This document shows, one piece after another, positions 41,330-56,520 of a DNA stretch of 64,000 nucleotides. The notes beneath the pieces were generated by a model. It was not told the origin of the DNA. It did no database searches and worked only from the letters and a program-made list of their open reading frames with translations. The position numbers were made by a program, and so were the translations under genes. This DNA comes from Octopus vulgaris (lineage: Eukaryota). The stretch is taken from NCBI GenBank assembly GCA_951406725.2, contig OX597823.1, forward strand, positions 47,058,001 to 47,122,000. Direction: 5' to 3'. Each line of letters begins with the position of its first letter. Position 1 is the stretch's first letter.

Positions 41330-41335
<6 letters not shown>
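40585..41335. mobile_element. Penelope-type inverted pLTR pair within (TA)n: 243-bp arms, 166-bp spacer, ~98-bp tail
   Basis: 40585-40827 is the rc of 40994-41236, with one mismatch seen. HHR motif on the minus strand at 40781-40870. Confidence 0.88.
40781..40870 (-). ncRNA. Hammerhead motif with 53-nt stem II insert (core U4C)
   Basis: UGCG-CCGAUGA-GAGA-(53 nt)-UCUC-GAAA-CGUACG-UC-CGUA: palindromic stem III, GUC site, 4-bp stem I. Confidence 0.7.
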
Positions 41336-41371
<36 letters not shown>

Positions 41372-42002
41372 GAAAATATCTGGAAAAATAGTATGGGTTT
41401 ATTATACGTCTTTACAATTAATGGAAAGGGCTACATTTGTAGTCTAATGGTGTCTGCTCGTAACCAAAATTTTAATCTCGATCTTTAGAGACTAACTACA
41501 GGATTAACTACTTCGCGTAAAAACAAAGAAATGCTTTGTGTGCAAAGGGATTTAAAAGATAAAAATAATAATAATAACTTAGGGGAGAATAAAGAAAACG
41601 AATTAACAACCCATCACAATGGATACTACTCTTTTACTTGTTTCAGTCATTTTGACTGTGGTCATGCTGGAGCATGTAAATAATATTGATTTCAATTTTT
41701 GGTAAAAGGCCAGCAAATTCAGAAGAGTGTATGAGTCTTTTTTGCAAGCGTCTCTTGTTTAAACATTATTTGCTCAAAAGACAATTGACAAATGATCTTG
41801 TTTTGAATTGATAAATAGCGGGATAAAGTATTATTTCCACCAGGAAATCCTGGATGTCTGTATTTACAACATCTGTGGTTTATATTATAAGATTGTGTGT
41901 ATGTGTATATGTGTGTGTATGTGTGTGTGTGTATGTGTGTGTATGTGGGTGTGTATGTGTGTGTATGTGTGTGTATGTGTGTGTGTGTTGTATATATTCT
42001 TT

Positions 42003-42596
<594 letters not shown>

Positions 42597-42992
42597 TATG
42601 TATATACACATTTAGAAATATATATATGGGCATATATATATATACATGCACATTTACACACATATATAAGTATGTGTGTGTATGTATACATGTATATATT
42701 TGTATAAATGTATATGTATGTATGTTCCTATGTATTTATGTATGACCTATACACTAACACATGCAAAATGGTTAAGTGTACCGTTACAAAAACAAGGGAA
42801 AAAAAGATTATTTGTGGATGCAATCATTGCTCTATCGTTAATAATCTCGACGTACTATCATGTGGTTTTAAGTTCAGTCCCACCGGGCATCATGTATTGT
42901 CTATTATGGCACACGGCCCACCAATATTTGGAAATGAATTTAGTGCCCGGAAAGTGTGCGACAGCCGACTTACATTTAGGTGTGTGTCTGTA

Positions 42993-43053
<61 letters not shown>

Positions 43054-43539
43054 CGTGCGTGCGTGCACGCGCGAAAGTGCGTGTGCGCGCGGGAGTGATC
43101 CCGCAGCTTGATAATTCGCATTGGTTTATTCGCGTCTTCGTAACTTAGAAGTTTGTTAAAATGAGACGGATAAAAGTTCTGAATTTCCAAATCAAATTGT
43201 GGGGTCCATCTGATGGATTTAAGCTTTAAAACTGGAAGAACTGCAAAACAAAAATTTTTTTTAATTAATAATAGTGAGCGAATTGTATTGATTTCAAAAT
43301 TCGGTTCGCTGACACTTATTCATCAAGGGAGGAGAAAGTAGATTTCACTGACCCCTAAACTCGATACATATTTTATCGATCCCCAGAAGGAAGGTGGGCT
43401 CCGCTGATGCCGGTAGCATTTGAACCCAAAACGTACCAAGAAGAAAGGCTGCCTCATACTTTTGGCCTCCGCATTAACGATTCTGACTTCTCGGCGCCTC
43501 AGTAAATATAAAACAAATATTCACTCATGCGCGATAGAG

Positions 43540-43730
43540 GGCGAACTGGCAGAACCGTTAGCACGCCGGGGAAAATGCTTAGCGGCATTGCCTCCGCCGT
43601 TTTCGTTTCAAATCAAACTAAGGTCGACTTTGCTTTTCATATTTTCGAAGATCCATAAAATAAGCGTCATTCGAGCACTGGGGTTGATGTAATCAACTTA
43701 CCCCTTCCGCCCGAAATTACCGCCTTTGAA
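43540..43730 (+). mobile_element. Family A SINE, diverged (similar copies at about 33175-33345 +, 55807-56020 +, 57000-57207 -)
   Basis: GGCGAACTGGCAGAACCGTTAGCACGCCGG head and GGTCGACTTTG body. Confidence 0.75.
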
Positions 43731-44174
43731 CTCAATATTTATTCATAGACGTGCGATTATGTAGCCCTGTACATATAATTATCTTGAGACACAGAGACGC
43801 AAATAGATACGGAGATGTGTATATATATGTATAAGTATACGTATATGTATATGTATATGGTAATGCATAATTCTGCATGCATGTGTACTCAACGGTGACA
43901 AGGCAGTTCATTAATATTTCATTGTTTTATCCATTGTACAATTCCATTGAATGTCATTCATGATAAGGATATACACCTCCCCAAAGGGCGATCTCAACAC
44001 ACGCACGTGTGTGTGTACATATTTATATATATATATATATATATACAGACACACACATGTATCTGTATATATATGTACACAAATACAGACAAACTAACAC
44101 ACACACACATATATATGCGTGTGCATGTCTATGTATATATGTATCTCTTTATGTATACATACATATATGTATAT

Positions 44175-44257
<83 letters not shown>

Positions 44258-44633
44258 CATACATACATAAATACATAAATACATATATATATATAAAATA
44301 TATATATATATATATTTATAAGCACGTGCACACACGTTCATCACTGTATGCGTGCGTGTATTTGTATCTGTGGTATGTTTGTATGTTTGCGTGTGTGTGT
44401 GTGTGTGTGTGTAGACACGCATATTCTCACATATGGCAGACAGAGGAACTGAGAGCGCGAGAGGGGAGAGAGAGAGAGAGGTAGAGAAAGAGATAGGGAT
44501 AGAGAAGAATTTACATGTGTTTTCGTGTTGTTACATCTATAGAGAAATGTATTGTGCGCGAGTGTGTATGTTATGCGTAGAGGGCACGTGTGTGCATGTG
44601 CGCCGGGTTCAGTATCTGTGCGCGAACACACAC

Positions 44634-44676
<43 letters not shown>

Positions 44677-44864
44677 TGAGTTTGTGTGTGTGTATTTGTG
44701 AAAGCACTTGTGCACATTTATTCTATAATCACAACGTTTTAAAGGTTAAGTTTATATATCGACGTTCGGATAAAAGAAGTCTGATACTGTAACCTTTCTT
44801 AATGATATTTTCATTAAACAAAAACAAAACAAAGACACAGAAAAATAAAGAAAGAAGAACAATA

Positions 44865-44902
<38 letters not shown>

Positions 44903-45245
44903 CAATGACAAAACAACAACAACGAAAATGACAGCGACAACCGCAACAATAACAACAACAGTATAACGGTAACAACAAGAGCATCGACAACAAAAACAAG
45001 TCTCAATATATTTAGTGTTGAAATTTGAGGGGCGGGGGAATTTTGTGAGGGGAGACGAAGGGGTGTATGAGTGGGAGGGAGGAGAGTCGGTGTTTGTGGC
45101 TGGGTGGGTGTTTGTTGAGTAATGGAAGTCAACTGTCAAGACTCACGGGTGAAATGTGATCCTAAACCTGGAGACAGGGGAGTTTCATTTAAATTCTGTG
45201 TACCATTATATACACACACATACACACACACACACACACACACAG

Positions 45246-45278
<33 letters not shown>

Positions 45279-45289
45279 CATGTATGTAG

Positions 45290-45341
<52 letters not shown>

Positions 45342-45598
45342 CGAGAGAGAGGAGAGAGATTTATTTGTATTTGTATACAAGTGTGTATGTATGTATATAT
45401 ATATTTGTGTGTGTGTGTGTGTATGTATACATACATACATATATATGTATGTATAAGCAGGTGTACATATGCATATATGTAAATATGTTGTATATAATGT
45501 AGACAGACAGATAGATAGGTAGATAGATAAAGAGAGAGAGAGAGAGAGAGATAGATGGATAGATGGATAGATAGATAGATAGATAGATGGATAGATAG

Positions 45599-45741
<143 letters not shown>

Positions 45742-46162
45742 TAACAAATAAGAAGTTTAAATCAAACGTTTCTTGCTTTCTTCCCACTTGGCACGAATTT
45801 GTGTATACGAATATAGCATTATAAACATATACATGCATACATATATACACACATACATGCATACATACACGTTCATTCATATGTATGTGTGTGTGTTGCA
45901 TGGGTGGGTGTGTGTGCGTGTGTGTACGAGCAGCGTGTATGTGCCTGTGTGGGAAATATTTTATACATTGATAATTATTTCAAATTTACTTAATAAGTTT
46001 AGAAGGCAATTTTCAAAGCTTGGTATAGGCTATACTAACCCTTTTTGTTGCAAATATAATTGACATTTCGTATTTACAAATAGTAGCGAAATTATAAAAT
46101 GTGAAAAAATTGAATTTCTCTTTTATCTTTTTTCTTTTCTCTCTCTCTCCCCTCTCTTTCTT

Positions 46163-46213
<51 letters not shown>

Positions 46214-46468
46214 CTCTCTCTCTCGGAAAGATAATATATTCAGCCACACATGATATGAACATACAATATGTATGGCGTATACGCACGTACACATACATAT
46301 GTATGTATACACATCCGTCATCCATACTTACATACATACATACATATATACATGCATACATACATATACAACATACATACATACATACATACATACATAC
46401 ATACATACATACATACAAACGTACAATATATATCTAAATATGTATGTATATATATATGTATAAAAAAA

Positions 46469-46782
46469 GCCGCATTGCTCAGTGTTTAGAGCGTCGGGTT
46501 CACAATCATGAGGTAGTGAGTTAGATTCCTGGCCCAGGCTGTGTTGTGTTCTTGAGCAAGACATTTTATTTCATGTTTCTCCTGTTCATTCAGTTCTAGA
46601 AATGTGACGTCACTGGTGCCAAGCTGTATCGGCCTTTGCTTTGGATAACATTGGTAGTGTGGAGGCTGGTATGCATGGTCGACTGCTGGTCTTCTATAAT
46701 ATCCTTTCCCAGACTTATACCACAGAAGGTAACTTTCTAGGTGCAATCCTATGGTCATTCATGACCGAAGCTGGGTTTTACC

Positions 46783-46785
<3 letters not shown>
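46469..46785 (+). mobile_element. Family C SINE
   Basis: Homologous along its length to 55438-55770. Confidence 0.85.
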
Positions 46786-46827
<42 letters not shown>

Positions 46828-46871
46828 TCCTCCTCATATTATATACATATATCGATGTTCATATAAAAAGG

Positions 46872-46930
<59 letters not shown>

Positions 46931-46958
46931 ACACAGACAAACAGACAGACAAACTGCC

Positions 46959-47004
<46 letters not shown>

Positions 47005-47013
47005 ATATACATA

Positions 47014-47131
<118 letters not shown>

Positions 47132-47136
47132 GTATA

Positions 47137-47626
47137 TAATATGAGGGAATATTATTCCAAACTTACAAGCAAAAATTCAATTTAGAAATACTAAATCAAA
47201 TTTCACAAAATATAAAATATATATATGTAAATTACAAAAAAACACCTTTTATCAATTCAATAATGAAAAATTAAATTATACCATTTAGAAAAATTACATA
47301 TTATAGAAAGATTCAATATAAGATAAAGCATATAACAATGATTAAGTAATGTGCAAAATAAAAAATAAAACGTATATATTTGGTAGAATAACGACACGGG
47401 TTTCGTGGCTATATTTAAGAAATGATAATAGTAATAATAATAGTAAAGTCACTTCAATATAATTATAACCACTCTTCAGGTTAAATATAAAAACAAAATA
47501 ATTAATTAGATGAATTAATAAATATACGTAAATAATCTTGTGAAATACGAAATATCTTAACAAATTTAGTCTTGTTTAAATAAAAAATATAATAAAAAAT
47601 AATATACAATTAATCAAAATATTTAA

Positions 47627-47665
<39 letters not shown>

Positions 47666-47930
47666 CATACAAAATATACATTAAGTGAAAACCAAATACT
47701 TTAATTTAATGTATACAGATTAAATTAAATTATTAATTAATCTATTTATTTAATAAACATCTAAATAAAGTCTTATACTCATTAAATAGTTAGTTTTATC
47801 TAATAGGTGTGTATATATTTGAACCATTTCCTATTTTTAATTCTAATATTTATAGCTTGTACTAACATTATGTATATTACTTAACATTAAGGTTTTTAAT
47901 ATAAATTACTTAATGAGTATACGATTTTAT
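47137..47930 (-). mobile_element. AT-rich Penelope-type terminal region carrying an HHR
   Basis: Abuts (TA)n and contains the canonical HHR below. Short inverted repeat at 47761-47790 / 47903-47934. Confidence 0.55.
47389..47483 (-). ncRNA. Type-I hammerhead ribozyme with fully canonical core and 50-nt stem II loop
   Basis: UAAC-CUGAAGA-GUGGUUAUA-(50 nt)-UAUAGCCAC-GAAA-CCCGUG-UC-GUUA: 4-bp stem I, 9-bp stem II, GUC cleavage triplet. Confidence 0.85.
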
Positions 47931-47931
47931 T

Positions 47932-47966
<35 letters not shown>

Positions 47967-48011
47967 GCAGGCAGACAGACAGACAGGCAGATAGATAGAT
48001 AGATAGATAGG

Positions 48012-48099
<88 letters not shown>

Positions 48100-48269
48100 C
48101 ATCGGAAGCTTCTCCTTGTGATCACTTTGAGAGTGATACCCTTTCAATAAAAATAATCTGCTGGAAACAATACCGAATTGATAACTTTCTCCTTGAATGC
48201 AATAAGCGGCTTCCAATCTATGTGCTTTTGTACGTGCGTGTCTGCGTGCGTGCATGTTCATGTTTGTGT

Positions 48270-48305
<36 letters not shown>

Positions 48306-49273
48306 GTGTATGAACGTGCATGTATTTCGCGCCTAATTACTAATAGTAATAGAACCTGCTTCCTTATATGTATTTACGAATCTCATATGCTCTCCCTGAT
48401 TTAATATAACAGTAATTCAATTGTCCAGAATACTCATGCACACACGCACACACACACACACTAATTACCATCACAACGATGATCACCACCACCACTTACA
48501 ACACGACGACCACCACCACCAACAACAACAAAATTGTTCGTTTTCAAAAAGCTGTTAAAGGAAATGCTTTCATTTCTTCAATTCACAACATCCCAGAAGA
48601 CATACAAATGCACACACGAATGCACACACGAATGCACCTACAAATGCACAAATCGAAACCACAATCTTACAGTCATGAGTCCAACACACTAACCACTGAG
48701 CCACGCGTGTTTGTGTCTGTGTGTGTGTGTTTGTGTGCGTGCGCGTGTGTGTGCGCGTGTGTGTGCGCGTGCATGTGTGTGTCTTTGCTTTTGTTTTTAT
48801 CCTACCACCACCACCACCGCCTCCACCACCACAAGGCAACTTAGCGATTCGGCATGAGAGACCGAAAGAATATGGCTATATAAATCAGGCGATATAAAAG
48901 AGAATGAATAAGTACAGGTGTCGATTCCTTCGAATGATTTCTTCAAGGCGATGCCCCAACATGGCCACAGTCCAATGATTAAGGCAGGCAAAAAAGAAAA
49001 ACGTGTAAACATTCTCACTCTTACCCACACATACACCCATACACATATACACGAAAACACGTGAAGCCGCTCAATAGAATATACCACCTAAAGGCTGCAC
49101 GCACACACACACGTACGCACGCACGCACGCACGCATGCACACATTATTACTAGCGTCCCAATATTACTAGTGTCCCCACTCTTTTCGTCGTTTTCCTATC
49201 CTCTACGCAGCCGTTGCCTTCACTACTCGGTTGTCTTCAGTATTTTAAGACATTCGTCCATTTTTTAAAGGTA

Positions 49274-49525
49274 TACTCTTTTTATGTTTTTACTTGTTTC
49301 AGTCATTTGACTGTGGCCATGCTGGAGCACCGACTTTCGTCGAGCAAATCGACCCCAGGACTTATTCTTTGTAAGCCTAGTACTTATTCTGTCCGTCTCT
49401 TTTGCCGAACCGCTAGGTTATGGGGCCGTAAACAGACCAGCATCGGTTGTCAAGCGATGTTGGGGGTGGGATGGGGACAAACACAGACACACAAACATAC
49501 ACACAGACACACACATACACACATG

Positions 49526-49596
<71 letters not shown>

Positions 49597-49767
49597 GATA
49601 TATACGACAGACTTCTTCAGTTTCCGTCTACCAAATCCACCAACAAGGCTTTGGTCGGTCCGAGGCTATAGTAGAAGACACTTGCCCAAGGTGCCACGCA
49701 TTGGGTCTGAACTCGGAAACCATGTGGTTGGTAAGCGAGCTACTTACCACACAGCCTCTCCCACGCC
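49274..49767 (-). mobile_element. Family B SINE
   Basis: Full-length rc copy. Confidence 0.9.
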
Positions 49768-49814
<47 letters not shown>

Positions 49815-50073
49815 GAGTGAGAGAGTAGCGCATGCGATCAAAGTGACACTGGGGTACAATTATACGAAGCCCAATGTACCCATTATGACTACCCGTCTGA
49901 TAAGGGTGCACCAGACAAATGCATCACAACAATATGTGAACGACATGGTGATCTGATATCAAGATAAACAGCGTATGACCTGTTGGTAGTTAAAATGTTG
50001 TGTATGTGTGTATAGGTCTACATTCATAAATGGATATGTAGATAGATATTCATGCTTATACAAATATACGTAA

Positions 50074-50312
50074 TTCAGTTTTATTTCAATATTCCTTGCC
50101 AATAGAGAAAGAACCGGTTTCTAACCTAGATCCAAAGCTCCTTCATTGGAATTTCAACAATATCAACAGGCTATTTTTGTATGTAAGTATGTATATGTGC
50201 AGTATTTGGAGTACGTGAATGTATGATTTGTATGCTTTTGTCTATGTATGTATTCGCATGCGTATAGTTGCAATTCTATACATACGCATATATAATTAAT
50301 TTATAAACTTCT
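50074..50312 (-). mobile_element. R4/Dong-like element 3' UTR and last codons (QKFIN*)
   Basis: Homologous to 11180-11450. Confidence 0.8.
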
Positions 50313-51457
50313 GTATGTATGTATTTATGCATGTATGAATGTGTATGTGTGTGTATGTATATATGTATTATGTATGTATTCACGTATGCATTTACGTATG
50401 TATTTACGTATGTCATTTTAATTTAGAATTAACTTTGACAGACCACCAACTTGGTTGCAAGGTTGTGAAGGAAAGCATTCTGTTTTAACCATTAATCTTT
50501 AAATCATAAGAAGGTCTTAATGAATCTAAAATTTTAAGCTGCGCAATCGCCGGCGAGTCGACTTTCCGATGCCCAGTCGTGTAGGAAAGCGCTGCAGTGT
50601 TCATAGAAGCCGCGGGTGCCAACTCAGGTGAAGTCAACCATAGATGCAATATCCTCATGAAGGAGCATTACTGACATTTTACCGGGGCAATGGACAGTGA
50701 TGGTGTTCCTCGGCCACGAGTGGACAGCCATTATGTATGTATGAGTACAGATCTTTTTTCACTCTGTGATACCATTAAATGACGTGGAAACCCTTTTCAT
50801 TTTTCGGAAGCGTGTGAGAGAAAGCACACCAAACCTTTCCAATTTAAGCACAGCACACAGCCCATGTGTGCCCTTGGCGGAATTCGCCCTATTGCCAGCA
50901 TCCTGGTAAGTTGTTACAGAGATCCTACATCACATCGAGAATCTCTTGAAGCCCAAAATATAAATGTTAACCAAGTGGACGATTCTCTTTAATATTGGCG
51001 ACAACTTACAGCAATTCTACTTACTTATATTTTTTAAATAATACTTATGTTAGATTTCTTATATTATTTCACTGGTTTCAGTCATTGAAGTATGATCATG
51101 TTGGTGTATAACTTCGGAAGGTTTAGTCAATGTTATTTTTTCATTGCTACTTATTTTATCGGTCACAGTAAGACGAAAGGCAATGTCAACTTCAGGCCGA
51201 CTCGATTCGAAACACAGAGTAATAATGTAAGAAAAACTTGAAAACACAAAGTATTTTTTTGACTCCCTATTGATTCTGATATCTTCCGCCCATGGGTTAT
51301 GTAAGTGGATTTTGTGAGTGGATTTTGTAAATGGAAACTGAAAAACCACGTCGTGTGTATATATAATGTGTGATAATATGAGAGTGGCTGAGTGTGTATA
51401 TGTACATATAGATATATACATGTGCATACATATATACATACATGCATACATACATAT

Positions 51458-51504
<47 letters not shown>

Positions 51505-51507
<3 letters not shown>

Positions 51508-51746
51508 CCTTTTAAAGCCTAGCCAGGCTCATGGGACCGGTTTCCCGGTTTCAATGGCGTATGTGTTCTCCTGCTGGACGGGACGCCAGTCCATCGCAGC
51601 GTTACTCATTTTTGCCAGCTGAGTGGACTGGGGCAACGTGAAATGAAGTGTTTTGCTCAAGAATACAACGCGTCACCCGGTCCAGGAATCGAAACCACAA
51701 TCTTACGATCATGATGCTGACGCCCTAACCACTAAGCCATGTGCCT
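51505..51746 (-). mobile_element. Family C SINE (variant of 4316; further copies at about 52800-53047 and 63030-63348, minus)
   Basis: rc head GGCACATGGCTTAGTGGTTAGGG...GTTTCGATTCC and body TTCTTGAGCAAAACACTT. Confidence 0.88.
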
Positions 51747-51875
51747 CCACACATACACACACACACACACATACACACACATACATACATACATACATAC
51801 ATACATACATACATACATACACATACACACATACATACATACATACATACATACATACATACATACATACATACA

Positions 51876-52669
<794 letters not shown>

Positions 52670-54110
52670 TGCCGAGGGCAGACCACTGCTAGAGTAGATG
52701 TGTGTGCGTGTGTTTGTGTGTGTATGTGAGTGAGTGAGTGTGTGGTTGTGTGAGAGTGTGTGTGTGGGGGGGGTGAATGTGTGTGTGTGTGCGTAAAAAA
52801 GGTAAAGTTACATTTTCGAGTCATACCGACTCATAAGGGCTGTTTTCCCGATTTCATGGCAAATATATATATTTCCCTCCTGTACGGGATACTGGTTTGT
52901 CTCAGGATGACTCATTTTTGCTAGCTGAGCGAACTGAAGCAACATGAAATGAAGCGCTTTGCGCAAGAACACAATGTATCACTCGGTCTAGAAATCGAAA
53001 CCACAATCTTACAGCCATGGGTCCAACACACTAACCACTAAGCCACGCGCGCGCGCGCGCGTGTGTGTGTGTATGTGCGTGCGCGTGTGTATGCGTGTGC
53101 GTATGTGTGTGTTTCTTTGTTTTTGTTTGTATCCCCCACCACTACCACAAGGCAACTTAGCGATTCGGCAAAAGAGAACCGAAATAATATGGCTATATAA
53201 ACAAGGCTATATAAAAGAGAATACATAAATACAGGTGTCGTTTCCTTCGAATGAATTCTTCAAGGCGATGACCCAGCATGGCCACACTCCAAAGGCAAGC
53301 AAAAAAGAAAAAAAAAATGGTAATAGATATTTTTGTGTCATTGTTACAGTCATTGACTTTCGTCCACTGACCTTTTCACTGCCAAAAACCATGTCACTCG
53401 CAAATCAGTACCAATTTAATATTAGCCCCCACCACCTACCAGATGTTAAGACTCATAAATTTTATTATCTCTTATTGTGACCTTTAATTTCAGACATCGC
53501 TCGCCTAACCTCTCCATGCTTATAACCAATAGTTTGTTCCTTATTAATGTCCTCTGTATTTGTATACAATTCTCATTGTTTCTTATCCTAATATTTAAGA
53601 ACTTTTCACTAGTCTATTAACTTGTCGTTATAACGTACAATTTAAGTTAATCATTGCTAATCTAACCTCATCCACCTTATTTAAGCCACTAGTAAAATAA
53701 GACAAAGTACATCTTTATGTACACACAACATGGCCGGCTGAAATCAAACCGAATTGAAATTGTGAAAACTTAGCGATTAAGAATGACGAGTCATTCTGTT
53801 TTTATTGCATGTATGGACATTATGTATGTATGTATGTATGTATGTATGTATGTATGTATGTATGTATGTATGTATGTACATACATGTATATACATGTATA
53901 TATACATCTATGTATGTATATACCTGTATATATACATCTATATGTGTGTGTGTATATATATTATGATGTATTATTTGATATATTAAACACATATTTATTA
54001 TATTATATTATACATATAGATAGATAGACAAATAGATAGACAGACAGATAGATAGATATACATATATTAATATATATACATATTTATAATATGGACACGT
54101 CTGTGATATA

Positions 54111-54272
54111 GGCGCAGGAGTGGCTGTGTGGTAAGAAGCTTGCTTACCAGCCACATGGTTCTGGGTTCAGTCCCACTGCGTGGCACCTTGGGCAAGTATC
54201 TTCTACTATAGCCTCGAGCTGACCAAAGCCTTGTGAGTGGATTTGGTAGACGGAAACTGAAAGAAGCCCGTC

Positions 54273-54320
<48 letters not shown>

Positions 54321-54505
54321 ATGTGTGTTTGTCCCCCCTACCCAACATCGCTTGTGTTTCTGTTCCCGTGATTTAGCGGTTCGGCAAAAGACCGATAGAG
54401 TAAGTACTAGACTTACAAAGAATAAGTCCTGGGAGGCGATTTATTCGACTAAAGGTGGTGCTCCAGCATGGCCGCAGTCAAATAACAGAAACAAGTAAAA
54501 GAATA
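54111..54505 (+). mobile_element. Family B SINE, near consensus
   Basis: GGCGCAGGAGTGGCTGTGTGGTAAG head, GGTTCAGTCCC B-box, CORE-like GTGGCACCTTGGGCAAGT, internal (TG)n. Confidence 0.92.
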
Positions 54506-54530
54506 ACATGCATATAAATAAATACGTATC

Positions 54531-54564
<34 letters not shown>

Positions 54565-54656
54565 CTTACATACATATAACGCATATATATATATATTTAT
54601 ATATATATATATATACATACATATAACGTATACACACACACACACACACATATATG

Positions 54657-54691
<35 letters not shown>

Positions 54692-55437
54692 ATATATATG
54701 TATATATGTTTATACGCACACATAAACACATGCACTCATACACGCATATGCAAATATGCGTGCGTGCGCACCCCAATTCATATATTACTCCCATTTTGCT
54801 TGTGGCAACACCTACTATCTACTAAGCACCTCTTTACACCCATTCATACACACATACATAGATACGTGTGTGAGGGGTGAGTGTATACATGCGAGTGTGT
54901 GCGTGTGTGCGTGTGTGTGTGTGCGTGTGTGCGTGTGTGTGTGAACATGTGTATGTGTACGTGTGTGCGTGTGTGCATTTTTACGTGTTTTTTTTTTACG
55001 TAGAAGGAAGATTACTGACTCTTGTCTCTGAATTCCGTTGAAGAAAGTGAAATTTGGTAACAGCCACTACAGCGGAAAGATTTTATAATTTACAAGACGA
55101 TAAAATAAACGTTGATCGGTATTAAACTTTCGATTAATGGATCAATCGATATTCATACGACAGCAAGTAGGAAGACACATTAGAAAGAAGCAGACTACAC
55201 GTGTTATATAATGCTTACTGTCTTCCCTCTACGATTGGAGTTCGAGTTATGTTTGGGTCAATGTTGCCTTACAAATCACGAACAAGTGATGAAATTCTAA
55301 TGCAGTCGTTTCTTTTTTTTCTGTGGACCCCTTTGATCTCTATTTTACTCTACTGGACCCTTATAGCCATCCAATGTTGAAAAAAGAAAATCCCATAATA
55401 CTTTTATAATTAACTATTATTAAGAACTGCATGTTAA

Positions 55438-55771
55438 GGCGCATGGCTCAGTGGTTAGAGCGTCGAGCTTACGATCGTGAGGTTGTGAGTTCGATTCCCG
55501 GACCGGGCTGCGTGTTGTGCTCTTGAGCAAGACACTTAATTTCACGTTGCTCCAGTTAACTCAGCTGTAGAATTGAGTTGCGACGTCACTGGTGCCAAGC
55601 TGTATCGGCCTTTGCCTTTCATTTGGATAATATCAGTGGTGTGGAGAGTGGAGGCCGGTATGCATGGGCGACTGCTGGCCTTCCACAAACAACCTTGCCC
55701 GGACTTATGCCTCAGAGAGTAACTTTCTAGGTGCAATCCCATGGTCATTCATGACTGAAGGGAGTCTCCTC
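55438..55771 (+). mobile_element. Family C SINE with flanking 15-bp direct repeat
   Basis: A-box TGGCTCAGTGG and B-box GAGTTCGATTCC. CTATTATTAAGAACT at 55414-55428 and 55772-55786. Confidence 0.92.
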
Positions 55772-56114
55772 CTATTATTAAGAACTATATGTTTTGTGTA
55801 ATGCAAGGCGGTGAGTTGGCAGAATCGCTAGCGCACCGGGCGCAATGCTCATCAGCATTTCATCTGTCTCCATGTTCTGAGTTCAAATTCCGCCGAGGTC
55901 GACTTTACCTTTCACCTTTTCGGGGGTCGATAAAATAAGTACCATTTGAAAACTGTGATCGATATAACCCACTTACCCGCTCCTCAGATATTGCTGGCCT
56001 CGTGCCAAAATTTGAAGACAATATTTTGTATATTGTAAAAATATAAACAATTTATTGCTCATACATTTTATATGGACCCTTCTCCGTAAGGGACATGTGG
56101 ACCTCCAAAAGTCA

Positions 56115-56520
56115 TACTCTTTACTCTTTTACTTGTTTCAGTCATTTGACTGTGGCCATGCTGGAGCACCGCCTTTAGTCGAGCAAATCGATCCCGGGAC
56201 TTATTCTTTGTAAGCCCAGTACTTATTCTATCGGTCTCTTTTGCCGAACCGCTAAGTCACAGGGACGTAAACACACCAGCATCGGTTGTCAAGAAATGCT
56301 AGGGGGACAAACACAGACACAAAAACACACACACATATATATATATACATATATACGACAGGCTTCTTTCAGTTTCCGTCTACCAAATCCACTCACAAGG
56401 CATTGGTCGGCCCGGGACTATAGCAGAAAACACTTGCCCAAGATGCCACGCAGTGGGACTGATACCCGGAACCATGTGGTTGGTTAGCAAGCTACTTACC
56501 ACACAGCCACTCCTGCGCCT
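56115..56520 (-). mobile_element. Family B SINE
   Basis: Full-length rc copy. Confidence 0.92.

Noticed and set aside
49210-49270. Plus-strand 60-nt exon candidate PLPSLLGCLQYFKTFVHFLK
   Set aside because: The weak donor overlaps a SINE tail, and there are no partner exons or recognisable homology.
50520-50940. GC-richer unique island
   Set aside because: No sustained open frame or recognisable motif on either strand; left unassigned.
55438-55510. Functional tRNA gene (also 4316 and 28912)
   Set aside because: A/B boxes are present but the acceptor stem is imperfect and the sequence continues into a multicopy SINE body with flanking direct repeats (or, at 28912, into the microsatellite and HHR).
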